Origin: Neophaeotheca triangularis
Taxonomy: Eukaryota
DNA: 64,000 nt
Reading direction: 5' to 3'
Assembly: GCA_054600435.1 (NCBI GenBank)
Contig: BAAIJX010000001.1
Span: 930,001-994,000, forward strand
The translations under genes and the position numbers were made by a program. The first letter of the stretch is position 1. Each line of letters opens with the position of its first letter. Shown here in pieces: positions 11,568 to 23,796 of the stretch. The notes under the pieces are model-generated. The model was given only the letters and a program-made list of their open reading frames with translations. It made no database searches and was not told the origin of the DNA.

Positions 11568-14500
11568 TCACGATCCGGTGAAGCCTATCTCATCACGGTT
11601 ATCATCAACAAGCCTGCCGTACCTGCGCGTCACAAAACGTCAGCAAAACCAAATAAACTCGAAAGGGGGCTCGGGGAAAGAACTCACTCAAGCAGCAAGC
11701 GAAAGAACCAAGCCTCAAAATCCTCCTTCCTGAGCGCCTTACCTGCCCACTCCCTCCCGGCCTCCGCCATCCTCTCCCCCTGCGCCATCCCCTCCTTCTC
11801 ACCGCTAAAATACCTCACAGCCTCCAGAACCTCCTCGCTCCTCAAACTCAGCGGGATGTAATGCACCCAAGGCTTGATCCACTCCTCATGCCACTCTCTA
11901 AAGACCGCCATCTTGAACACCAAACTGCGACTCTGCAGAAACGCATAAAAACGCCCGGAAAAAGCGTTCCCGTCCATGTCGAGAAGGTACTTGAATTTCC
12001 AAGCTTCTTGCTGGTCGCTGGGCTCGACGATTTCGAACTTCTCACGCTGCGCGTCGCAGTCGCCCGGGTCGCATTGGCCTACGTGCGAAAAGTGCACGTC
12101 CATGAGGTCTTTGTAATCTTGACGCGGGACGTCCTTGGTGCGCCACTCAGGGGTGTTGGTGTCGGAGGTTTGGGACACGTCGGTGAGAATCTGCGCCGTG
12201 TCTTTGGCGTTGATCTTGCCGACGATGTGTTGGCGGTGTTGGCGGCGCCATCCGCCGTGGCGGCTGAAACCGCCTGTTGTGCTGCCGCGCCACCAGAGCT
12301 TATTGGCTTTCTCTCCCCAAGCGAGGTCTTTCTTTTCTTCGTATTCTACTTTGCCGAACCAGTACCAGGGGCTTGGGTAGACTATGTCTTGGAAGCTGGA
12401 GATTTTGCTTTGGCTGAAGATGGGGAAGAGGTCGTGAACGATGTTGAAGGCGTTGGGGCGGTTGAAGAAGCCATAGGAATTGCCGAAGGAGGGTGAGTTA
12501 CACACATCCGAGAAGGCCGTGTGGTTGTAGATGAATCCCATATCGGTGAGCGCGTATGCTGTTTGGTTGTCGCTGGTTTGCGTGTCGTCCAAAGCTCTTG
12601 CCCGACTTTCTGGCGAGCACGACATACGCGAAGGAAGCCATACAGGCTGATGTGCGTACTCGTTGAACCTGGTGATCTTGACTTCTTCGACACGTTTTGA
12701 CATGCTGAGATCCTGGGGGCGAGGAGAGAAAGTGTTCTTCGGGTGCGGGTTGGATGCTGCCGGCGGTATGCTTCGGTTGACAGCTGCGTCGATCAATCTG
12801 GAGAGCTCATCATGCGGCACCACTACTCGCGGTTCGTCATGGATATTGAACGCGAGATCCATATCTGGCAGGTATTGCGCGAATTGCTCCATCATACCTA
12901 TAGTTGCCTCTTGCTGCCACTCAGGGCCTCCCTCGACGTGAAGGGCCTTGCCGTCTCTGAGCATCAAACCTATCAACTTGTTGTCGAATCCTATTGCCTC
13001 CCGCGTTCTAGCCCGTATAGTAGCCGGCGAAAGCGCCCAGAATGGCAGGAGGGAGTGGTAGATTGTGTCGTACTCATCTGTCAGTTGTACACCTTTTTGC
13101 TGGGCAAACTCGAACCACTTGTGAAAGTTTGGCGGTGGAGGCATTCCGTATCGGCGTCTGTACTCCGTAACGGCTGCTTCGAGCGTTTGTGACTGCGTTT
13201 CGAGGGTGTGAAGCCATTCCTGTTCGGCATTCCGTACTAACTCATCGATAGGGTGCACTCGAGGGTCTGTGAATTGCAAGGGGGAAAGCGGTTCGGTTGC
13301 AGGGCCAACAGCGATGGACTTGGCCGGTGCATGCGTGTGCAGGGGATTTTGAAGGTGTACTATTGCCAACCCGATGAAGGACACAACTACAACCAGCGTG
13401 AAGACTCTGCTCAACTTCAAACGCATCCTGCCGCCCGTGGAGAATGGTTCTTGATCGTTGATGAAGATGTAAGCCGAGCAGGCACTCAGTAACGAAAACC
13501 ACAGGCGCGAAAGCGAAAAGGTCGCGATCAGCTGTGCTACTAGAGCTGCCGAGAGGGGCAACAGACTGGTAGTAAAGGCGCCTTTGCGTTGAAGCTGAAG
13601 TGGAAATGTTAGCCTTGACTCATCAATAACTTGTTTGGAGTTGTTGAGGGGCAGAGTTGGTGGTGAGAAGGTTGGTCGCTGCCCTTTCAGCCTGAACTAG
13701 TGAGGTTCCGACATCGAGCAGGTGCGAAGCGCGCAAGAGCCAGGGTCGAGAACGAGGCAGATGCACGCGAGCATTACAGACGCGGTTTGACGAGTTATAT
13801 GGTATGTACTTACCAAGACCAGCAAAGCACTGCTGGCAACCATGTGTGTCAACACAATTCCTACGCCGAAAATCAACCCAATCACCACATCGCGCAACTC
13901 CCTCTCACCATCCGTCTCTCGTCCAGTCACAGCCCGAACACCGGCGTTGCCCACGTCAAAGCTTTCCATAGTGATGGCAGCAAGCCCAGTTGCAAGCGCT
14001 GCTGCGAACGATACGTCTCGAGCGACGACAAGTTTGATTGACTCGAGTGGTTGCTGACCATCAGCAGGCTGAGCAAGGAAACCGTTTGCAGAGTATATCA
14101 CACTCGACCCTGTCTGACGTTGCGATTGCGCTACCGTTTTGATGCTTGCGATCAGGAGGAAAGCTAGCGCTGAGGCGAAAGCGTACGACAACCCCAAAGC
14201 CACGGTCATGTTGGAGCCTGAAGTGGAATATACGGCGGCAATCGCAGAGGCTGAGAGGAGGACCATAGGACTCTTGGAAGTTGAATGTAGTGGCGGGCTC
14301 TCCTTTTCTGGGCTCGCGGCTGGCACATCCAAATGACCCGAATCGACGTCGCTAAGGAGGCCACCATCTTTAATAGCAAAGATGAGTAGGGGTATCAAAG
14401 CCTATATGGTACTTGTCTCAGTCAGAGCTCCCATCGACGCAAGTTTCTTGACGAATGACCTTTGCCCACCATATGCTCCTTCCCTCGACCGCTCGCTCAC

Positions 14501-14759
14501 AGACTGCTGCTAGAGCCAGGAGACCCCCAGCGCACCATGCCAGCTTCTGCGCAGGAGTGGACCCCAACAGCGACTTGTGCCCGGTCCTCAGTGTCAAGTA
14601 TGTACATATTGACAGCCAGGCGGTTGTGCTAGTGAGAAGGGCGTGTTTCCATGGCGTTCCAGTGTAGACGATTAGGGAGGAGGCGAGGAAGAGGAGAGGG
14701 AGGACTAGCGACGCGCGTGTGCTGCCATCGGGGGAGTAGCGCGACAGCAACGATTGCAT
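11568..14759 (-). CDS. CAP10-like glycosyltransferase family 90 (beta-1,2-xylosyltransferase-like) with N-terminal membrane domain, 4 exons
   Basis: Exons about 14759-14460, 14401-13814, 13594-11689, 11622-11568. Motifs YRRRYGMPPPPNFHKWFEFA, LPDMDLAFNIHDEPRV, WWRGSTTGG, KYLLDMDGNAFSGRF, PWVHYIP, RLLLEYGRLVDDNRD. Confidence 0.88.
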
Positions 14760-15173
14760 GAGGAAGACGAGGTCGGGGTGGAAAGGGTCGTTGTCGGGGA
14801 GTCATGGTATAGCACCAGTCAAGCGCCTTCAAGTACGAGTACGGAGTTGGTCAAGTAGAGTAGCACAGTACGAGAGTACCAAGTACCTGATCCTGGACCC
14901 TGGTCAGTCCTCGCTCGGATCGGGATCGACCGAGACACGAAGCGAGTGCCTTATCGATAGCGCCTCACGGACCACTCGTTTGTTTACCTGCCCAAACAAA
15001 GCCGAGCTCTAGCTCGCTCCAGCTTGTTCAATAATTTGCGCCGTGCCATGCATACCTGACCTCGACCAATCGCCTGTCACATTGCCCTCTTGACCACCTG
15101 AACCTTGCCTTCTTCATACCACTCTCGCATACAAAGGCATTGTCAATTGCGCCTTCGGTACTCATAAACAGTC

Positions 15174-17774
15174 ATGGCTCGCCGTTCGTCGGCTCGCCTG
15201 CGAAACAGGAGCTCTACCACCCCCAAACGCGTGAGCCTCTCCAACGATGCGCCCAAGCGCACACCGCGTACCGTACCGGCCAAGCTCGCTTCTCTCAATG
15301 AGGCTGAAGATGAGGACATGCCAGGCGCCTTTCCACGATCCGTCTCTCCACCTGCTGTTGCCTCTCCCTCCGCCATGAGAGGCCGTCCCGCTCAAGTTCA
15401 AGACACCCGTCAGACCACGCCGCAAAAGGCTACCCCCGTCAAGCCGTCATCCAAGGAACTCCATCCCGACCACTACCATCAAACTACCGCCAAACCCCAC
15501 GAGGATGCGCGTTGGCTAGGCTTCTCCAACATGGCCCCGCAGACCGAGCCTCCCAAACACAGCAGCAGGATTGCCACCTACCAGGGCACCCCGACCAAAG
15601 CCCAGGTCAAGCAACCCGAGAAGAGCCTCAACGACCTAAAGTCACCAGACTTCAAGTTCACATTCCAGCGCGAACACTCGCTCGAGCTCAGTCCAGAGGC
15701 CAAGAAGCTGATGCTTGAGAAACGCGAGGAGGCAGCCAATATCCGCGCACAGATGGCCGCCAGCGGTGAAAAGGCTCAGGACATTGACGAGGCAATCGCA
15801 AGGAAATTGGCTACACCAAAGGGCAAGTTTGGGCGCTTCGACGAAGCTCACATGAAGCAGTTCAATAAGATGGAGTCGATTGCTGGTCATGCATCAAGCT
15901 TCAGAAGAGGCACCAGCAAGATTGCTATCACTACTCCGTCGGCTCAACAGACCTTCTCAACAACAAAGCCGACTCAGCAGCCTAGTCAAGGCTTGAAGAG
16001 GAGCCCCTCCAAGGCTCAATTCGATCAGCCTTCGCCAGCAGGTGCCAAGCTAGCTCGCAGCCCGTCAAAGCCAGTCATGACCCAAGCTCAAAGCCAGCTT
16101 CCTCGCTCGGCCTCCACCAAGAATGTCCATGCCAGAAACGAGGAGTCTGCCTCTCCGGCCAAACGTATGAAGCGAGCGGATGGCGATGATGCATCTTCTT
16201 CGCGTCCACTCTACGCAGAGGGGCATGAGCAGCCATCTACACCTCAACAAACAAAGCCTTCAAAATCTGCCGAGTACCCCGACATTTCGCATCTTACGAC
16301 CCCGACCCAATCTTCCATTGCCCGCGCCAAATCAGCCACTACTTCTAAGATACCCGGATTTGGTGCCTCCCCTCACAAACCTGCCGCGTTCGGCACCCAA
16401 GCCGCCGCTCAGCCTGCAAAGCAGCCTGAGTCCCTACTCTCTAAATCGCCCTCCAAGATGTCTCTCTTCGGTGGCAAGGATGGGAAGCAGGCAGAACAAC
16501 CGAAGGAGCCCGCGCGCTCACTGCTTTCTCGCTCTCCATTCAAAGGTGCTGCTAAGACACCAGTCGATGGCGAGGGGGAGATTCAGCAGAAGCCAGAGGA
16601 GGCACCCTTACTTTCCCGCTCACCTTTGAAGGGATCTGTCGCTAAGACCACGGAACCCGACGAAGGTGCTAGCAAAACCTCGTCCATTCCTTTTCTGGCC
16701 CGCTCGCCTGCGAAAATGTCTACCACTGGCAACCTGTTCAAGACTGGTGACTCGGAAGCTATCACCCAGACGCCCGGAAAGCAGAATAATCTGATGGGTC
16801 GTTTCAACCTCCTTCGCGCTTCTCCGGTCAAATCCATCCTTCGCACACCTCAGCGCCTCTACTCGGACGACCCCGCCAAGATCGCTGCCGGCACTCATGT
16901 CGCCACACCAGAAGGCAAGAACAGCGGGATCCCGTCTCTGGCCCTCCCTAAACCACCGGCCACCGCACCAGCGCGCAAACACGTCGATTTTTCCTCCTCT
17001 ACGAAAGCGAGGCACGAATCGGCAGAGAGCACCAGTACGCCCTCCAAGAGCTCTACACCCCCATCCAAGCAACCCACCGAAGCCAACACAGTTGAATACC
17101 CAAACCTCCCATCACCCTCCGTTTTCGCATCGCCCAGCCCTCAGAAACGCCGCCAAACCGTAGCACCAGGCGACTTCACCTTTCGCGCGGGCAGTGGCGC
17201 TATCACTTTCGCGCCCTCACCCAACGCACCCACCAACACAACGTCAAGGCGCCCTTCAATCCGCCACGTCTCCGCCGAACCCGCCATTCCCCCACCCCCG
17301 CCCGCCACCGGTAGCAAAAAGCGCAAATTCGACTTCGAGAACGAGGAAGGCGCGCAAGACGATTCCGCCAAACCTGGCAACTCTTCCGAAAAAGAGAACT
17401 TCACTGCGGCGGCGAACGCTTCGCCCAAAGACGACGATCGCGAACAGGACTCCCGCCCCGCTAAGCGTTCGAAACCAAATTTCGCCGCGCCGACCGCTGC
17501 TAGCAAGGAGAAGAAGCAGTCTGCCACTCAAGACACCTCGCCTGCTAAGAGAACGGCTACGAGTACGGCGACGACGCGCATGCCGACTGCGGGCGTTCGG
17601 CAGAAGAAGGACGGCAAGCTGGTCAAGGAGAAGACCAGACCGAGACCTAGTGTCAGGCCTGGTGGCGCTGGAGCCGGTGGTGCTTCTGGTGGTGCGGCTG
17701 CTGGCTCCGGCACGACCATCAGTCAGGCGAGATTGAATGCGCTTGCTATGCCTAAGCACAAGAGGGGAGAGTAG
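15174..17774 (+). CDS. Basic, disordered Ser/Pro/Lys-rich protein (866 aa); candidate microtubule/spindle-associated protein
   Basis: Long intronless ORF with coding-like codon usage, many S/T-P-x-K sites and an NLS-like KKRKF. The function is inferred from motifs only. Confidence 0.75.
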   Translation: MARRSSARLRNRSSTTPKRVSLSNDAPKRTPRTVPAKLASLNEAEDEDMPGAFPRSVSPPAVASPSAMRGRPAQVQDTRQTTPQKATPVKPSSKELHPDHYHQTTAKPHEDARWLGFSNMAPQTEPPKHSSRIATYQGTPTKAQVKQPEKSLNDLKSPDFKFTFQREHSLELSPEAKKLMLEKREEAANIRAQMAASGEKAQDIDEAIARKLATPKGKFGRFDEAHMKQFNKMESIAGHASSFRRGTSKIAITTPSAQQTFSTTKPTQQPSQGLKRSPSKAQFDQPSPAGAKLARSPSKPVMTQAQSQLPRSASTKNVHARNEESASPAKRMKRADGDDASSSRPLYAEGHEQPSTPQQTKPSKSAEYPDISHLTTPTQSSIARAKSATTSKIPGFGASPHKPAAFGTQAAAQPAKQPESLLSKSPSKMSLFGGKDGKQAEQPKEPARSLLSRSPFKGAAKTPVDGEGEIQQKPEEAPLLSRSPLKGSVAKTTEPDEGASKTSSIPFLARSPAKMSTTGNLFKTGDSEAITQTPGKQNNLMGRFNLLRASPVKSILRTPQRLYSDDPAKIAAGTHVATPEGKNSGIPSLALPKPPATAPARKHVDFSSSTKARHESAESTSTPSKSSTPPSKQPTEANTVEYPNLPSPSVFASPSPQKRRQTVAPGDFTFRAGSGAITFAPSPNAPTNTTSRRPSIRHVSAEPAIPPPPPATGSKKRKFDFENEEGAQDDSAKPGNSSEKENFTAAANASPKDDDREQDSRPAKRSKPNFAAPTAASKEKKQSATQDTSPAKRTATSTATTRMPTAGVRQKKDGKLVKEKTRPRPSVRPGGAGAGGASGGAAAGSGTTISQARLNALAMPKHKRGE

Positions 17775-18388
17775 AGATAGGGAAGCGGTGGATGCACGGG
17801 GCATGGAGTAGGACGAAACGGAAACGCGGTTTTGGACGTGCGAAGGGTTGGCGGAAGGGACATGAAGAATGACTATCAGCAATCAATATTTTTAGCGAGG
17901 CGTTGGGGTTGGAGTGTTTTGGATTGCAAGACCAGGCTGTGGCAGGACTTCTGCCGATGGGCGTGCATGATTGCAATGCCCCTGGTTTGCGTCCGCTCTC
18001 GTATTGTACTCAGACTGGTGCTTTCAAATTGGACAAATTGTCATGATATCAATAAAGTTTCTATCCTTTGAGGAACATGTACATTCCGACTCGGTTGAGT
18101 TTCAAACCCCTTCGATGCAATACTCGATAGTAGGCAACAGACCACTTGGGTTCCACGTACGCAGGCCGTTGAGGAGGATAGCCTTGTACTGTTTCGCTCT
18201 CTCTACGTCTATCGTTCCTTTGAATCCGCGCGCGACTAGGCCGTGGCCAGACACCCAGCCTTGATTCTATCTTACCGCTCATTCTTAGCCCAACACACTC
18301 AGGCTGCCTTTTCATGATTTGACCGCTTCAGTAACGCCATTGGAACTCCTCCCATTCAAATACGCTTGGCTTCGCACGCCGCCCATTC

Positions 18389-19724
18389 TTACTTCTTCAC
18401 AATGGTCAAGATATCCTCATCAGCCAGCTCATGCGACAACCCAACCTTTTGCGGCTGGTGCTTGACACTCTTGCCCCACACGACAGCCACCCGGAAATCT
18501 TCAATAATCGTCTTGTGGATGGCATTACAAAAGTCCTCGACAGTGCAGGCATGACTCCTCAGCACCACAGGCGCCGTGTAATCGGGCAATCTGCCCTTGG
18601 GTTTCGTGTAGACGCGGCGCAAGTTCAGCTTCTCCCACATTTGCTCGAGCAGCTCGTCAACGTTCCAGCCGTGCTCGCTGCTGATGGGGCAAGCGTTGGG
18701 GATACGGTAGAGGAGGTCCAACTCCTCGATGGAGATGGCGTCGATTTTGTTGAGAGCGTAGATGACGGGGATGTAGGAGCGGGATTTGGCTTCGATGACG
18801 TCGATTAGGTCGTCGACGGTGGCGTCGCAGCGGATTGCGACGTCGCAATTGGCCATGCGGTATTCGTTCATGACGGCTTTGATCTCGTCGTTGTCGATGT
18901 GCGTCAGGGGTTGGGTTGTGGTGATTGAGATGCCGCCCTTGTCCTTTTTGGTGATTTTGATGTTGGGCGGTTGCTTGTTGATACGGATGCCGAAGCCTTC
19001 CAACTCAGTCTCGATGACACGCTTGTCCGTCAGGGGCTTGTTGACGTCCAGGACAATGAAGATGAGGTTGCAGGTTTTGCTGACGGCAATGACCTGGCGA
19101 CCACGTCCCTTACCGTCTTTGGCACCTTGGATGATACCGGGCAGATCGAGCATTTGTAGCTTGGCACCATTGTAGACGACTTGTCCGGGTACCGTTGTAA
19201 GGGTTGTGAATTCGTAGGCCGCCGCTTCGGAGTGCTGCCCTGTTAGGCGGGACATGAGTGTTGATTTGCCCACTGAAGGGAAACCGATGAAGCCCCTTTC
19301 GCTGAGTTAGGTCCATGATACTGCTGGAGGGAGGTGTTTCTACTCACACACTGGCCACACCCGTACGAGCAACATCGAATCCAGCTGCCATGCATCGTTA
19401 GTCCTCCCGTAGACAAATCTCACGTAGTTGGCGTATGCTTACCTCCACCACCACCCCCACCGCTGGACGGAGTCAAGAGCTCCTTTTTCAGTTTCGATAG
19501 CTTGGCCTTGAGTTGTCCTGTTCGCACCTCTTAGCTTCAGCTCCCGCATGCGCCCAGGCTACTCGATATGCGCACCCAAATGAAACGATGTCGCCTTGTT
19601 CTTCTGCGTCTTCGCCATCTCATCCTCAATCTGCTTGATCTATTCCGCACAATGTCAGACGTTGTCCCAATGCTGTGCGATTTCTTTCTTTCGTATCCCT
19701 CACCTTGTCGACGGTGGTCGCCAT
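18389..19724 (-). CDS. RBG1: Ribosome-interacting GTPase Rbg1/DRG1 (OBG family, TGS domain), 5 exons
   Basis: Exons 19724-19704, 19639-19576, 19517-19443, 19384-19348, 19295-18389. They splice to [35 protein letters not shown]...[24 protein letters not shown], then [27 protein letters not shown]. Confidence 0.95.
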
Positions 19725-20146
19725 CTTAGGCTAAGGTCAGGTTCGTAGGCCGCAGTCGGCAGGATAGTCTCGTGATTTGAGGTGGCCGAGCGGCGTATGT
19801 ACTCGTGAGTCTTTTGTTGTTCGCAAAGGTTGACTGCGCAGGCACGGTGATTCTGATATGTGAAGCCGTTCACAATCGTCAAATGTCGAAGTCGAAAATG
19901 ACGATAACGGACGCCCCCGCGGTCGGAAGTAGCCGAAAGAGTGGGGGCCAGACTTGCACTTTCGGGCACGGGCGCATCTCTAAGTGCACGACTCGCCGCC
20001 CTGACTTAGCAGAGCCAGACCAGACTATCACTTGGGCATGTCAAGCCATTACACCACCCTCAAGAATAATCTGCAGACTATCGACATACACTTGCAGGAA
20101 CCAATACATCTATGCACCGGTAGCATGTCCACCGTCACATCGAGCC

Positions 20147-23023
20147 ATGGCACAAGGATACCAGCGGCCCGGGAAGCATTCTCGTCAGGCCAGTAGGATC
20201 GCTACCCGCTTCAATACTTCCACCACACAAGAATCAAAAGGCGACACCTCCCCTACAAGCGGATCTCCAGACCAAGCTACAATTGCCTTCGTCAAACATG
20301 TTCTCTGCTCTGGGCCTAGCGATCGCAGTGTCTCCGATGGCGATAACGGCTTCGAGGTCGACTCGCAACCACTGGGAGAGCTCCTGCCGCCATTGACCAG
20401 CTCCAACGAGATCGATGTACAGCTGTACGCTCTGATCGCTGTGATCCTCAATTTGTTCGTACAAGCATGGTACAACAAGATTACCCCCGATCAAGACTTT
20501 GCCGGTGAAACAGTGCAAATAATCGCTCATTGCACGCGAGGCCTTGAGCAACGCCTGCGAAACTCCGATCTTGAAGCATTCATCTTCGACGAACTGCCTG
20601 AACTATTGGAAGCGCACATTGAAGGCACGAAAAGTCCCTGGGGTACTCGAGACCTGTCTTGCTAACGTTTTGCAGCCACCAGGACTGCATCACGATTTTC
20701 AGTAAACTCGCCTAACAAGACGAGTGCCAGAGCCATCTTCCACAGCTTGCATCCACATTCTGCATTGACTCCCGTGCCGGATGACATGGGCCGTTGTCTT
20801 GAGCAAGACGCCAACGAAACATTATGGAGTCAGCTCATGGTGTCCAAGGTGCTTCAAATGCTACTCCCACCAGAGGATTTGCGCAACCCCTGCCTGAACG
20901 TTCTCGTTTCTGAGATTTTTGCCGAGACCGTAGTCCACAGAGGAGTTTGCGGCAAAGCTTGTGAGAGTTGGCTGATCTGGGAAGGTGTCACCAAGTTAAT
21001 ATACTTCTTCCGGCCCGAGTTGGCCCCTCAGCCCAACGTGGATACCTCTCCGAGCAGACTTGAGCAGTTCGGGTTGTTGTCGTCAGCAGCAGAATCGACT
21101 GCCAAACACACTGGTCAGAATACGGGACGCAGCATTATTGACTCGACAAGTGCAGCTTTTTGGTCCTTGCTGCAAGGCATCATGCTGACATGGCTGCTGG
21201 CTCGGACCTTCTTTGCCGCCCTGTCGCAGGCCTCGTCACTTGCATCAAGGACGAGTCAGTTCAGCGACCATGAGGCTGCCGGTGAGGGTGCGCTGGGTAA
21301 TGGTCGCCCCAACGCTCACCCACCCAGGTATGAGAGTGGAGGAGCGTACGTGCCTCCACACACTACAAAACCAATCGTTGGGATGCAAACCTGGCCCTTC
21401 GCCTCGAATCTGGTTCTGTTCCAACAGCGGATGCCATGGTTCAGTGGTGTGCTGTCGCTGTTGCAGTGGCTGCTGTTGTTTGGGCCTGGGCGCTTGTGCC
21501 GCGTGGACAGCGCAATGGACAGGTGAGTCTTCGTCGTGCGTTCCTTGCTGCCCCTAGCTTTGGGTCCATCTCGATGCATGACACAGCCAGTGCATGTCGT
21601 TCATCCAGTTCCGGTCGAGGCATTCCACTCCGCTCTGTCATTCGTGGATGTCAAAAGCCACTAAGTGGACTTCACCTTAGCCTCGCATGACCTTGAAGTC
21701 ATTTGACTTCCCGCTGGCCAATGCCATGAGGCAACGGGCCGCCCGCGCGAGCTGCCGTCTCAGAACTGCGACATTGGAGCGTTCATCAATGTTGCTTGGC
21801 ACGCCTGAGGGTCGCAACGCATCCTCATCCCACTTTGCTGCGAGCTCGCTCGTTGAGCGCAACCAACGATACTGTCGGCAAACGCGGACAGCATCACGAC
21901 CATCTCGTGTATCTCTTTACCGGGTATCGTTTGATCAAGCGAAGCTGGTACGTTGGGCAGCGAGATTGTCAGAAAGCGGGGTACCCTTGCAATCGACATC
22001 GAATCGCCGGCTTGCACAAGTACCCTCTTCCCCAAGGCTCGGTCCTCACCGACATCCTCGCCGCTACCCACGCATGCCTTGCATATCAACATTACTGCCA
22101 GCAGCGACGCGACGGTCCATCACGAAGCCACAATTTGCTCGGTGATGACGCACCCCCACGCTCTGCCTAGAGGCCGGGAAAGGATGCTGGCTCGCTACCA
22201 TATTGCATCTGCATCGTCCAGTAATATCGCGATGGGGTCAATATCTCGTCTGATTTGCTGGTGCCGAGCCAATCAAATTCGCTCGATACCCTAGTTGGGC
22301 TTTTATGAGATTCATGACGCCTGCCCGCCTCAGAAGAGACCTACTCGCATTTCGCTTACACGACTTGAGCCCTACCTTTTACCCAGACAATGCATCGGAA
22401 AATGCACCTTCGGCGCGATAGCAACGCTCTACGGTGTTCGGCCGGAAGTATGCGTGACTGCACTTCTTCTCTTCAGCGGCCTCACGACCTGTTTGATTAA
22501 ATGTCCATCTGCACGCGGGCGCTAGCCGCAGGATCCCCGGACCTGGGCTTTTCCGTTTATGGCCGTCGTTCAAACGCAAAGATATTGCGAAATATATTTT
22601 CAATTGTCTGCGTAGCGTGGAAAGAAGGTACCAGTTGGCTAACGTGTCCATGCCCCATGCAGACTGCTTTCCGAGCAAATACACAAGCGCATACTGAACC
22701 CAGAGCTCTTGCCGCCCTTGCTGCGCGCCCTGCGCAGCACTCTCTTCCCCGCCAACGCCTTAGCACCTGCACGCGTGCCGCCGACTGCCGAAGAGGTGCT
22801 CGAGATCAAACATGAGTGCGCGCGAGTGGTCGTCGAAGCCGTGCCCGCGCCTTTGCGAACCCGCTTCTTCGCTACACACGACTTGGAAGCCATGAAGACG
22901 GATGTCGAGGGCATACTGGACTTGTTCGGCGACTCGTACATCAACAAGCATCTTGTTGTCTCAGCGGTGGATTTGTTGGTCGTTCGCCTGTTTCCAGAAC
23001 TCGGCGGAGAAGGTCGGCCGTAG
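20147..23023 (+). CDS. PXA-domain protein with sorting-nexin C-terminal-like tail, 3 exons
   Basis: Exons 20147-20624, 20676-21522, 22663-23023. Motifs LLPPLTSSNEIDVQLYALIAVIL..FVQAWYNKITPD, HSLHPHSAL, LLPPEDLRNPCLNVLV. Last exon LRSTLFP...LDLFGDSYINKHLVVSAVDLLVVRLFPEL is in frame across a 1140-nt intron. Confidence 0.8.
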
Positions 23024-23796
23024 CCAGCCCAGGGTATACTGCATGAAGATCGTCGTCAGTGTGCACGTAGGTATCCGTCAGAGACATAACTTGCCCAACG
23101 AGCAAACCACGTGGAGCATTCTCAAACATGTTTTTTTGACTTTTACCTGCAACAAGGGTGCGCGTTTGGTATTCGAACAAGTCATGCAATTCTTCGCGTT
23201 GGGCTGCCGTGACAAGATATTACATGCTGCTCGGAACCCGTCCCAGAACAATGTCCATGGGTTGCGCACCACCGAAAAAGGCCCAGGCAAAAAGCATTCC
23301 CACCCCCCAACAACGCTATTCGCTGCTCTTCGTCATGGCGCCAATGCAAACCAACCCATCCCGTAATCGCTCGTGGCTGTGAAGCCTTGTTTCCCTCTTG
23401 ATCCCGAGTCCCCCCATCTCCCAGCCCCGTACATCATGTCCCCCACTGCCCGTAAAAGCCGAAAAAAAAAAAAAAAGACTGCCATCTGCAGCCGAGCCGA
23501 AAAGCGCGCGCTCGCTCGCTCGAGCTCCGGGGAGGGGGTATGATGAAGTAACGCAATCCATATCAAGTAAAGTCTCGCGGGAGTGGGTATGGTGAAATGT
23601 AGAAACAAACAAAGAAAGCAAAAAGAAGAAAAGGCAAAAGCCTGGGGTAGGCGCCAAGTCCCACAAATGAAGCTGTGTCGTTCGCAAGGCTTGCTTGCTG
23701 GCTGGCTGGCTGGCTGTCCGTCCACCCGTACGTCCCGTTCTGCGCCGTTGGAGGCCCGACCGGCTCGTTAGCCCGCTCCTCCCCAATCCTCGCAAT

